Shown in pieces: positions 20,478-30,300 of a DNA stretch of 64,000 bases. The position numbers were made by a program, and so were the translations under genes. Within the stretch, counting starts at the first letter, position 1. Each line of letters starts with the position of its first letter. Below the pieces are notes generated by a model. That model was not told the DNA's origin. It ran no database searches and saw nothing but the letters and a program-made list of their open reading frames with translations. The stretch comes from Alkalispirochaeta sp. (lineage in GTDB: Bacteria > Spirochaetota > Spirochaetia > DSM-27196 > Alkalispirochaetaceae): positions 4,288,001 to 4,352,000 of the forward strand of contig OZ271854.1 of NCBI GenBank assembly GCA_965601925.1, in the 5' to 3' direction.

Positions 20478-21191
20478 TCATCCACCCTCGACGATGCGGT
20501 GAATATCCTCCGACCGTCCTATGACCAACAGTCGATCTCCCTCCTCAATGATCGTTCCGCCGTCGGGCAGGATAAACCGTGCATACGCGACGTCCAGACC
20601 GCCCTCGGAAACGCCCTCCTCGACGCGCCGAACGCCGACGATGTTGATACCGTAGCGTCGACGGACGTCAAGCTGTTGCAACGAATGACCCGGAAACGAG
20701 TGCGGTGCATCGACGACGACGAACGAAAACCCGTCGTCGAGCTCCGCAAGACGCTCTATGCCGCTGTGGGCGATCGTCGCCGCCAACCGCACCGCCGCGT
20801 CTTGCTCGGGGTTGATCATCATCGTTACGCCCAACTTCTCCAAGATTCGTCGGTGCGTTCGCGACATGGCGCGAGCGTAGATGCTCTCGATGCCCATGTC
20901 TTGGACGTTGAGTGTCGCGATCACATTGCTCTCGGTGTTCTCGCCTATCGCGATTACCACGCACTCGCACGATTGTAGTCCCGCCTCGTCGAGCACGGCC
21001 GGGTCGGTCACGTCTCCGATGACGGCGCGATCTACGACGTCCCGTATCGCATTGACGTGCTCCTCGACGTGGTCGACGGCGATAACCTCGACGTCGGCCC
21101 GCCTGAACGCACGGCATAACGACTGGCCGAACGTACCCAGGCCGAGCACGCCGACGGTCTGTAATTCGCTCACCTTCGTATCTCCCCCCAC
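20478..21191 (-). CDS. ktrA: Potassium uptake regulatory subunit KtrA/TrkA
   Basis: GLGTFG Rossmann motif, VVIAIGE, INPEQD and C-terminal TrkA_C domain. The start may be the GTG at 21173. Confidence 0.9.
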   Translation of the reverse strand: MGGDTKVSELQTVGVLGLGTFGQSLCRAFRRADVEVIAVDHVEEHVNAIRDVVDRAVIGDVTDPAVLDEAGLQSCECVVIAIGENTESNVIATLNVQDMGIESIYARAMSRTHRRILEKLGVTMMINPEQDAAVRLAATIAHSGIERLAELDDGFSFVVVDAPHSFPGHSLQQLDVRRRYGINIVGVRRVEEGVSEGGLDVAYARFILPDGGTIIEEGDRLLVIGRSEDIHRIVEGG

Positions 21192-21201
21192 TTCATTCCG
21201 A

Positions 21202-22560
21202 TTATCCGATCGTCAGTACGCCTTCGGGCACGCGTATGTCGGCTCCGCCGCGCTCGGGACGAAATGCCGCGAGAAGTGTCAGCGGCCCGAGCCTACCGAC
21301 GAACATCAACAGTATCACAACTGCGCGCCCCGGATCGCTCAGGTGCGGCGTAAGTCCCGCGCTCAGCCCGACCGTTCCGAGGGCCGAGACCACCTCGAAC
21401 ATGATCGACTCCAACGGCGCATCTTCGGTAATGGAGAGGACGACGCTCGCTGCAAGCGCGACCAGCACACCCGAAACGACCAAGACCATCGCCTGCGTGA
21501 TGAGCCGTCCCGACAGGCGACGGTTGAATATCCAAGCGTCGTGGCGGCGGGAAAAAAAACGTCTGAAATCGGCAAAAAGCGCCGCCACGGTGCCGATCTT
21601 GACGCCCCCCGCCGTTCCGCCCGAGGCGGCGCCGATAAACATGAAGGGAATCATCACTAGCAAGGTCGCGCGATTGAGAGAGGCGAAGGGCACGGTGTTG
21701 AATCCGGCGGTACGCAACGTTACGGACTGGAAGATCGCAGCAAGATACTTCCGGGGAAGCGTCATGCCTACGAAACTTCGCTGTCCCTCGATGAGATAGA
21801 TAAGTATCGCTCCCGAGACGATCAAGGCGCCCGTGCCGTAGAGCGCTACCCGTGCCGAGAGCGAACGGGGAGGACGGAGCCGCCTGAGCCGGAAGGTTCG
21901 GTGTGCCTCGCCGCGGAGGACCGTAATCGTACCGAACCCGATGCCCCCGGCAACGATGAGCGCCATCACCGTCAAATTGACGACCGGTGCGTATACAAAC
22001 CGCTCTAGACTGTCGGAGAAGAGCGCAAAGCCGGCGTTACAGAAGGCCGATACGGCGTGAAAGAGCCCGTACCACGCCGCCTGGAAAACGCCGTCCGTGT
22101 GTGAGTACATTGCCGCGGCGAGCAGCGCCGTTCCGGCCAGCTCGAACCCCACCGTTACCACAAGCATACGCCGCAACTGTACGCCGAGTGAGCTGTAGTT
22201 GTTCTCGTTCAACATGAATGAGAGAAGCTCCGCCTCACCCAATGAGAAGCGTTTGCGCACCAAAAAGACGGTCGCCATGGTGAAGACCATGATCCCCAGT
22301 CCACCGATCTGAATCAAAAGCAAAATCACGCCGTGCCCGAAGGGCGAGAATACCGTCGCGGTGTCCACCACGATCAGCCCCGTGACGCACACCGCGGAGA
22401 CGGCCGTAAAGAGCGCGGCTCCGAACGGTAGTGGAACGCCGTCGGCGGCGGCAATAGGGAGCGACAGAAGTGCCGCGCCCACGAGCGCCACGGACACAAA
22501 TGAGAGACTGACCAACCGTGCCGGTCGTCGCCACAGGAGGCGTATAATGAGTGTTACCAT
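21202..22560 (-). CDS. ktrB: Potassium uptake membrane subunit KtrB/TrkH
   Basis: Pore motifs SAVCVTGL, SAFCNAGF, TLRTAGF and SALGTVGLS, plus GTAGGVK and MFVGRLG. Confidence 0.93.
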   Translation of the reverse strand: MVTLIIRLLWRRPARLVSLSFVSVALVGAALLSLPIAAADGVPLPFGAALFTAVSAVCVTGLIVVDTATVFSPFGHGVILLLIQIGGLGIMVFTMATVFLVRKRFSLGEAELLSFMLNENNYSSLGVQLRRMLVVTVGFELAGTALLAAAMYSHTDGVFQAAWYGLFHAVSAFCNAGFALFSDSLERFVYAPVVNLTVMALIVAGGIGFGTITVLRGEAHRTFRLRRLRPPRSLSARVALYGTGALIVSGAILIYLIEGQRSFVGMTLPRKYLAAIFQSVTLRTAGFNTVPFASLNRATLLVMIPFMFIGAASGGTAGGVKIGTVAALFADFRRFFSRRHDAWIFNRRLSGRLITQAMVLVVSGVLVALAASVVLSITEDAPLESIMFEVVSALGTVGLSAGLTPHLSDPGRAVVILLMFVGRLGPLTLLAAFRPERGGADIRVPEGVLTIG

Positions 22561-23540
22561 AATCGCCCCGCGCGGCGAATGACCGTCATCGTCGCGAGTC
22601 CGTCGTCGGCGCCCGAACGCGACTCGGCCGACGGATTGACGCGCAGCCGGACCGCCTCGGCCGCCATACCGGCAAAATAGCCGGTCGGCTCGGGCACCTG
22701 CACACCCATGCTTCGCAGCGAGCGGTATCCCGAATAGAACGGGCTCGGTCTACTCCGCCGCCACTCGCATATGCCGTTTCCTACCCTGATCTCTCCCGCC
22801 TGAAAACTGAGGGTGAGCTCGAGGTGCAGGTAATCTCGCTCGGCTCCGACCTCCAGCAGCACGGGAACGTCCCGTTCCGCGAGGCGGCCGTGCAAAAAGA
22901 CCGATGACGCGGCGGACCGATAGCGCCCTACTCGTCTCCGTAGCATAATCCGGTCGTCGGTCAGATAGTGGACGGCATCGACGAGGTGCGTCCCGTCGTG
23001 GAGAAAGACGCGATCGTGTCGCGCCGTACGTCCGAAAAAGAGGCGTGCCGCGACGGTAAGGAGGGTACCGAAGCGCTCCGAGGCGATCGCGTCACGCGCC
23101 GCGACGTAATCGCGTGAAAAGCGTCGCTCGTGGTTGACGACGATCCGCGTCGAGCCGTCGCGTTCCAGGCGGGCGATCCGACGCGCCGAGGCGACCGAAT
23201 GCGCCACCGGCTTCTCGCACACTACCACCGGTATATCCGCGCGAACCGCTTGGGTCACGTATCGCTCATGGCTGTCGGGATGGGTCGCCACCACGAGGAT
23301 ATCGGGCTCGACGGTACGGATCATCTCCTCGCAGGAGCCGAACCCGGGCGCGTTCCACCGCTCGGCGAACGCCGCCGTTCGGCTCTCCTCGATATCGAAG
23401 CCGCCGGCGATGACACAATCGGGGCGTGCGGCGAACGCACCGGCGTGACTCGCCGGTTTTTCGCGTCGCGGATCGTCTTCCAGCAGCGACGCGATGCGGC
23501 CGAGCCCGACTACGGCGACGCGATACGGCTCCATAGACAC
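22554..23540 (-). CDS. Gfo/Idh/MocA family oxidoreductase
   Basis: VAVVGLGRI, CEKP, VNHERRF and HDGTHLVD. Confidence 0.88.
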   Translation of the reverse strand: MSMEPYRVAVVGLGRIASLLEDDPRREKPASHAGAFAARPDCVIAGGFDIEESRTAAFAERWNAPGFGSCEEMIRTVEPDILVVATHPDSHERYVTQAVRADIPVVVCEKPVAHSVASARRIARLERDGSTRIVVNHERRFSRDYVAARDAIASERFGTLLTVAARLFFGRTARHDRVFLHDGTHLVDAVHYLTDDRIMLRRRVGRYRSAASSVFLHGRLAERDVPVLLEVGAERDYLHLELTLSFQAGEIRVGNGICEWRRSRPSPFYSGYRSLRSMGVQVPEPTGYFAGMAAEAVRLRVNPSAESRSGADDGLATMTVIRRAGRLW

Positions 23541-23548
23541 CGACGCCC

Positions 23549-24130
23549 CTACCGGAGGTCTCGCACGTCGGTCACCATCATTCCCGCCGCGTTCGCCGCC
23601 TCGATACCCCAGACGCTATCTTCGAATACCTGACAGTGCGCCGGCGGAACTTCCAGCCGCGCCGCGCATTCCAGAAAGACGTCCGGCGCCGGCTTCGGGC
23701 GTTCGACCTCATCGACGGTAACCAACGTCTGAAAGAGCGAGGAGAGGCCGGTCGAGCGTAGAACGATGTTCGAAATGCCGAAATGCTCGTTTGTGGCGAC
23801 TCCGATGGGGAGTGTTCCCAGGTACCGGTGTACGATATCCAGCACGGCGCCGATCGGTTGAATCAAGGGGGTGTGTCGCACGAAGGCTTGATCTTTGGCC
23901 GTGGCGATCTCGTCTCCCGGGAGCGATCTCCCGAACTCATGTTCCAAAAACGCGACGATATCGGGACTGGTTCGCCCGCCGACGCGGTCGAAGAGCTCAC
24001 GGGTCATGTCGATATCGTACGGCTCCATGGTCTCGCGCCAAGCCTGCCAGTGGACCTCCATCGTATCGACCAACGTCCCGTCCATATCGAAAATAAGCGC
24101 CCTGGCCTCATCCGATACGACGGCGTTCAT
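23549..24130 (-). CDS. HAD-superfamily phosphatase (beta-phosphoglucomutase/YqaB-like)
   Basis: IFDMDGTLVDT, KPAPD and FEDS..GIEAA. Confidence 0.9.
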   Translation of the reverse strand: MNAVVSDEARALIFDMDGTLVDTMEVHWQAWRETMEPYDIDMTRELFDRVGGRTSPDIVAFLEHEFGRSLPGDEIATAKDQAFVRHTPLIQPIGAVLDIVHRYLGTLPIGVATNEHFGISNIVLRSTGLSSLFQTLVTVDEVERPKPAPDVFLECAARLEVPPAHCQVFEDSVWGIEAANAAGMMVTDVRDLR

Positions 24131-25356
24131 ACCTTCAATCTCCCGTTCTCCATGATCACCCGTGTCGATCCGTCGGCGAGCGTCGCCTCGACACGCATCG
24201 CGTCGCTTCCGATCATCACATCGGTATGCTGTTGACTCCGACTCGCGCCGACTGCGTCGAGTTCGTCCTCACTCATCGACGAGCCGCCCTCAATGCAGGT
24301 CGGATAGGCAAACCCGAGAGCAAAGTGTGAGGCTGCGTTTTCATCCAGGAGGATGGTCTCAAAGACGCGATTGGACCGTGCGATCGGCGAGGCTACGTCG
24401 ACCAGCGCGATTTCGCCCATCCGGCGACTTCCGGCGTCAACGGCGAAGTACGCCTCCAGTACATCGCGACCGCGCTCGGCGCCGAACTCGACCACCTCAC
24501 CGTTTTTGAACACGAACCACGCACCCTCGACGAGAGCCTCAAAAATACGCACCGGCTTGGTGATCGTCGCACGTCCCTCGACGCCGGGCGCGTACGGTGT
24601 CGTGTAGACCTCCTCGGTGGGAACGTTGGGCAGAAAGGGAATACCGCTCTGCGTTACCGAACCGCCGCCGTGCCATCGCGCCTTCTCGTGCAGAGGGACG
24701 CGGAGGTCGGTCCCGTCGGCGAGGAAGTGCAGCTCTCGCACCCGGAGCCCGTCCAACGTGCGGCAACGCGCCTTTAGGGTCTCGCCGTGGCTCTCCCAAT
24801 AGTGCGCCGGATCGTCCTCGTGTAGGCGCAGAATCGGAGTCAGCACCTTCCATAGCGCGAGTAGCGCCTCGTCACCGACGGGCATGTCGAGTACCCGCGC
24901 CGCCCACGCCGGAGTGGGCGCCGCCATCACGGTCCACTGCGACTCGTCGTTGGCGAGTGCCCGGCGAAGGGGGAGGTCCACCTTTCCGAAGGCGGCGGAA
25001 ACGCGACTTGAGCGCGTCGGATCGATGCCGTCGAGAGCCGCCGGATCGGCCGGACTCTTGATCGCCAAAAGCGCCCACGTGTCGCCGACCATCTCCTCGT
25101 TGCGCGCGGCGCGGTATGTGGGGGTGAAGTCGAGAAACTCTTCCCGGCTGTGATCGACGCGAGCGCGCAACAGGCGCGACGACTCGAGCCGTATGTCGAC
25201 GTAACCGGCGCCCCTACGATACGCCTCCTCGGCAACGGCGACGGCGGCGTCGATGTGCTCCGGCTCCATCTTGATACCGAGTCGCTGGCCGGGCTGTAGA
25301 TTGAGCGCGGTCATAGCGATCCGCGCAAAGTGTTGCAGGTAGTCTGTGAGCGTCAT
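24127..25356 (-). CDS. Aminopeptidase, peptidase M29 (AmpS/aminopeptidase T) family
   Basis: PNVPTEEVYTTP, GEIALV, LDENAASHFALG.AY and HTDVMIG. Confidence 0.92.
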   Translation of the reverse strand: MTLTDYLQHFARIAMTALNLQPGQRLGIKMEPEHIDAAVAVAEEAYRRGAGYVDIRLESSRLLRARVDHSREEFLDFTPTYRAARNEEMVGDTWALLAIKSPADPAALDGIDPTRSSRVSAAFGKVDLPLRRALANDESQWTVMAAPTPAWAARVLDMPVGDEALLALWKVLTPILRLHEDDPAHYWESHGETLKARCRTLDGLRVRELHFLADGTDLRVPLHEKARWHGGGSVTQSGIPFLPNVPTEEVYTTPYAPGVEGRATITKPVRIFEALVEGAWFVFKNGEVVEFGAERGRDVLEAYFAVDAGSRRMGEIALVDVASPIARSNRVFETILLDENAASHFALGFAYPTCIEGGSSMSEDELDAVGASRSQQHTDVMIGSDAMRVEATLADGSTRVIMENGRLKV

Positions 25357-25466
25357 GGCGCCATCTTAGCACGGGCGTGGAAGACCTTGCATAGCGCTCG
25401 CATGCGCCTTCCCGGGGTTCTAGTAGTCGGGACCGGCCGTCGGTGTCGATCACTCAGCAGGCCCTA

Positions 25467-25657
25467 CGGATGCGTTCCTCGTACCTGCGGTACGCATCCG
25501 CCGGGCCAGAAGTCGTGCTCGCCACCGTCGCCCGATCCCGGCGGGTTTTAGCCGGGGAGGCGTGTCCTCAGGGGAACGTTGTAGAGACGGATCGTCAAAT
25601 TCGGTCACTCAACAGGAGGAAGGTTGCGTTCCTCGCCAACGGCTCCGGTACGCAACC
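25467..25657. repeat. Two REP-like imperfect palindromes (25467-25500 and 25622-25657)
   Basis: GGATGCGTTCCTCG-N6-CGGTACGCATCC and GGTTGCGTTCCTCG-N10-CGGTACGCAACC, with a compensatory A-T/T-A swap in the stem. Confidence 0.65.
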
Positions 25658-26092
25658 GACATGGAGTCGCGACCGTCACTGACGACCGGTACCGGCACGG
25701 TGTTGCTGGGATGGCTCGGCCTCAGTCGATGTTGGGGAGATGAATCCATACCGGACGGATACCCACACTACACGGACGAGATGGTGGTGGCTAAGCCTCC
25801 GCCTTTTTCGGGTTGCATCGTCAGTATGGGCGCGCCGTTGTGCAGCCGGCCCATCAACAAATCAATCGTCTCACGAGCGCATTCCGGGATTGGTGTGGAT
25901 CAACTATCGACGGATCGGTCGAGCCGACACGCTTTGTGCGACATTTCTATGCGTGTCGATCCCGATTGAATCGTTGCATGTGCTCGGGTGTCTCTCCATG
26001 ACCGACTCATCGATGCCTCTGCGTTCGGTTTCTCATCGCTTCGTCGCTCCGATGAGGTTTTGGATAACACTAAGTCTCGGCACTTAGGGACG

Positions 26093-27355
26093 CTACGATA
26101 CCCAAAGATCCGAGTCGTACTTCGCGCGGTCGTCACGCAGCAACTTAATGACTTCGTCACCGCGGCCAAGCTCCTCGAATCGGTCATAGAACCCACCGTT
26201 CACGACAAACCAATACAGAACGTATGCGTTGGGCCGGCGAAACGGGGGCATGCTGGACGGGTTCGTCGGGTTAAACTCGCTCATCGGACGGCGCGTCGCC
26301 GCATCCAGCGCATCTTGCAGGGTCGCCAGCGCTCTGTCGTACTGTTCCAGCCCTAAATACGCCATCGCCAACCAATAGTTTCCGCCAACATATTTCGCCG
26401 TCTGAACCATGAGGTACTCGTTATCTCGCTGCTCCGAAGTGAGGTCGACGATCTCCTCGTACTCACCAGTCCGGTACAGTACTTCGAGAATCCGTGAATA
26501 GTAAGACAATCGCCCAATCGAAAGGCGCTCGACATCGATGGTCCGGCTTACCTCGAGCGCTCTATCATAGGCGGCATGCTGAACATAACCGCTGAACACA
26601 TAGAGCCGCGTGTCGTAATCGTTCGCGGCGGCTACCTCTTCTGCCGCAAGCAACGCCCTTATGTGGTAGAAACCAGAGTCAAGATCACCGGCCCGCACAC
26701 TTATGATTTGATCAGCTTCAACCACCGATCGGGCGTCGGGATCAAGAATCGATAGATCATCCGGGTCGACTTGATCCAAGTACGGCGTGTAGTATTCGAT
26801 GGGCGCGATCGACAAGACGTAACGAGGTGATAAGAAACCGGCGAGCGTAAACTCGCGTTCCGTCAACGGTGGCGACGTAGCCATTATGTGCTCTAAGTAG
26901 ATGTTAACAAAGTCTCGAACAGGGTGTGTGTGATGCCAACTCGCCTCGTATAAGTAACTGTAGGTACCTTCAAACGGTCGCCCAGTGACACGACCATACT
27001 CGCGCAAGTACAGCAAACTGTCGATGTCTCGGTCCGCAAGAAGCATTCCGATTCCCATCGTCCGCAGGTATCGTGCATGGTCGTCCTCGAAGACTTCATC
27101 ACGATGATACGAGACAAAGTCCATGAGTTGTGATACGCGTTGTGGCGCATCGAACCGACCCCTGGGAACGACGACCGATCCACGCTCGATACGCTCGAGA
27201 TCGGCTTGCCAATCGTATGGGTATTGCGGCGCGTCGGGGTCATTGCGAACACCGAGCCGCGAAGAACGCGCTGGGCCGCTACACGCGACGAGGCCAATAG
27301 TTACAACCACGATCGCGAGCGCCGCCGGGAGTCGTTTAGTTTTCCAGAAGGCCAC
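26093..27355 (-). CDS. Lipoprotein with TPR-like C-terminus; candidate immunity protein
   Basis: Signal MAFWKTKRLPAALAIVVVTIGLVA-C (lipobox LVAC) and TPR-like YWLAMAYLGLEQYDRALATLQDAL. The start overlaps the giant gene's stop by 20 nt. Visibly lower GC than the flanking genes. Confidence 0.8.
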   Translation of the reverse strand: MAFWKTKRLPAALAIVVVTIGLVACSGPARSSRLGVRNDPDAPQYPYDWQADLERIERGSVVVPRGRFDAPQRVSQLMDFVSYHRDEVFEDDHARYLRTMGIGMLLADRDIDSLLYLREYGRVTGRPFEGTYSYLYEASWHHTHPVRDFVNIYLEHIMATSPPLTEREFTLAGFLSPRYVLSIAPIEYYTPYLDQVDPDDLSILDPDARSVVEADQIISVRAGDLDSGFYHIRALLAAEEVAAANDYDTRLYVFSGYVQHAAYDRALEVSRTIDVERLSIGRLSYYSRILEVLYRTGEYEEIVDLTSEQRDNEYLMVQTAKYVGGNYWLAMAYLGLEQYDRALATLQDALDAATRRPMSEFNPTNPSSMPPFRRPNAYVLYWFVVNGGFYDRFEELGRGDEVIKLLRDDRAKYDSDLWVS

Positions 27356-30300
27356 TGATTAGTTCCTCGTAGTCTCGCACCCATTGATCTGCATCCGCGA
27401 TATCCTGATACGTCGGTCGAGTAAGCGGATCATTGTTGATTCGATACAAATCTTCCAGGTAATCAGGACTCATCAACGAACTGTATCGATAACCGCTTTG
27501 TACCTTTAAGTTTGCCATATTCATGGTTTCAGTATACTCCCGTAGCCAACTCGACGAAGTCAGGCCGGTTAGTGCCTGTGTCCCGGCGTTGAGGCTTTCG
27601 AAGTCAACGTAGCCGGGGACTTCGATGTACTGATCCATCTCGACGCCGGGATATGTCGGAAGAAGGGTATCGGGATCGTATTCTTCTCCCACGATGTCCG
27701 TATCCTTCATGTGACCTCCGTGGAACAGAAGGTTCAACTCGTCGGGGTCGGTGATGCCGTCCTCGTAGATCCGGTCGCCGAGCCACCGATATCGTGAACT
27801 CCCGACTTCGCCGAGCTCCTCGATGTGGGCGTCCCGCATTCCCGGTTCTATTGCAAACGCCAGGTCGATCTCCGCTTCTTCGGCGAGGCCGAAGATTGTG
27901 TTGTCGCGGCCACTCTCGTGGTGCCAAGACGTCTCACCTTCCGGCAACGTAAACAGGTCGAAGATCTCGTTGGCGGCGGTATAGCTTGTCGCGAACGCGC
28001 TGGTCACCCGCGCCGCTTGCGCGGTGATTGCGGCGGTGCTGGCTGTGGTGGCCAGTGCCGTCGCGGTCGTGAGCGTTCTGCTCAATCCGGCAGTTACCAG
28101 TGTTGCCGCAATGGAAACCCCGGATACCAACGCGTTATGCGCAATCTGCTCATCGGAAAGCGGCGCGGCCGACACGTGTCGATGGTGTTCTCGGCCCCTT
28201 ATGTTGGCAAACCACGTTGATACGTTGCGGGCGTCGCCACCGAGCGTGACGTTAAAGAAATTCTCGATCGGCTCGGGCACCGCGTCGAGGGTGGGATACA
28301 CTCCGGCGTATCCGGTCTCCCGCGCTTGCTCCGCGGTAAACGGTCGTGCGTACTGCGGTTGACTTTGGTCGTTTATCTGCCAGTTCTCCGTTGTCCCTAC
28401 CTGCATGTACGTCTCGGCGAGAAACTCCGTGTCGTTCGCGAGTCCATGGGCCACCAGCTGGCTGTAGGTCTCCGCCTGGAAGACGTACGCGACTCCTTCG
28501 ATGGCATTGCCGGCGACGTGCGTTCCTTCGTGGGACATCACTGCCGCGAGTTTTGAGGCGGTATCGGTGTCGTTTGCAAGGAAGCTTTCATCGAACACCA
28601 CGCGGTCGGAGCCGCTCCCGGCGTCGTACATCCCGAGTGCGTCGCCTTCCAGATCACGGAAATCGGCTTGGAGCTCGCGGTTCCACAATGCATCAGCCGT
28701 CAGGTGGTTGTTCTCGATGTTGGTGTACCCGAGACGGTTGACACCATTCAGGATCGCCCGGTTCTCCCGTCCCCGCTGCGTCCCCAACGCTCCACCGACC
28801 TTCGCACCCGTCACTCGTGCGATGTCGCCGATACCCGCAAGACTCTGTCCCACAAGGTCCACACCGACATCGTAGCTCCCACCGCCAACGCCAAATAGTG
28901 CCCCGTTTCCCCCGAGTTGCAGGTTGATCAATCCGCCGGAGAGTCCCTTTCGTTCGAGACCGGTGACAAACGTCCCGTCCGTCGCCGCAGGCACCTCACC
29001 GGGCGCACGTCGGTTGAAGATCCGCGCGTCCAAAATACTCAAGCTCGTACTGCCGTCGATCAGATAATCCGTGGCCGCTCCGATCCCACTCGCCGTCAAC
29101 CTCGCCGCGCTTGAGAGGGCTCGGAGATCGAAGGTGTTGCCCGCCAGCTTGTCACCGATACCGTCGGTCGTCAGGAAGTTCTCCAGCGTGCCGTTCACAA
29201 ACCCCTGCGCCGCGCCGCCGGCGTAGCCCGCTACCGCACTCTCGCCGAACGTCGCGCGGCGAAAACCTCGTTCGTCAAAGTCCACGTCCCAGTCGCCGTC
29301 GATTGAGAAAGAGTTGATGGCGCTGCTCACCGCCGTCGTCGTCACCGCTTGCGCCGTGCTCATCCCCACGTTCACCGCCGTCTGCGTGATCGCCTTGCTG
29401 CCTTCCACGGCCGCCGTCGCCGCCGTTCCCAGTTTGTCGAATCCATAACCTACACCCGCCGTCGCCAAGCTCACCGCCGTGCTCTTCGCGAAGCTGCCAA
29501 AGGCGTCGTCCGCGTCCGCGTATCCGGTCGCCACGTCCGCCATCGTGAAGACCGCATTCGTCGCTACCGATGCGAGAACGGCGCCGAATCCCGCGCCCCC
29601 TGTGGCGATACCCACCGCCACGCTGGTCACCGTCGTGATGTTCGGCGCGCCGAAGAGCCCGTCCGGGTTCCCGTCGTTGTCCGCGTCGTCGTCCCACATC
29701 CGCATCCGGTGCAGTGGTACGTCAATCATCGCCAACCCGCGCCCCACCCGCGCCTCGTTCCGGTAGAAGTCCTCCATGATCCGGCCCATCTCGCCGTAAC
29801 CCGCTTCCCGCACCTCTTCCGGTTTGTTCGTCTTCATTACCGGTGCGTAGCCCACGTGGTAGTTGAACAGTCCCTCCGTATCGTGGTGCAGGTACTCCTC
29901 CTCGCCGCTCTCCTCGTTCTCGCGCGTTCGGTTGTAACCGGCGGCCCGCGTCCAGCTCGCCTCCACCGCTGCAAATCGGTCCGCCAGCGCCCCGTTCAGC
30001 TCCTCGATACTCATCACCGCGGCTCCGTCGGTCTTCTGCGCCTCGCTCCGTCCGAAGATCAGGATCTGGTACCGCTCCATCTCCTCGTACGCCGCGTCGA
30101 TCATTGCCCGTATACCCCGACTCGACAAGCCGTCCAGCGCCTCCTCGGAAAGGTCCACCGTCGCTTCAAACACCGGTACGGTGAAGTCGCGGTAGTCTTC
30201 CACGCGGTGCGTCTCCCGCTCGATCCCGCCGAACAGCGTCTCGTCGATGATTACCCTTCTGTTCCACTCGCGTCCCGATAGCCGGTACCCCGCTCGTTCC

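Noticed and set aside
25467..25657. Palindromic repeats as a CRISPR array
   Set aside because: Only two copies with different internal loops, about 120 nt apart, and no cas genes in the window.
25770..25900. Minus-strand fragment PIPECARETIDLLMGRL resembling a LacI C-terminus or orphan toxin module
   Set aside because: Too short, bounded by stops and lacking supporting motifs; it cannot be distinguished from chance.
26000..26092. Hairpins downstream of the lipoprotein as an integron attC site or IS end
   Set aside because: I could identify no matching R'/R'' box pair, second inverted end, integrase or transposase.
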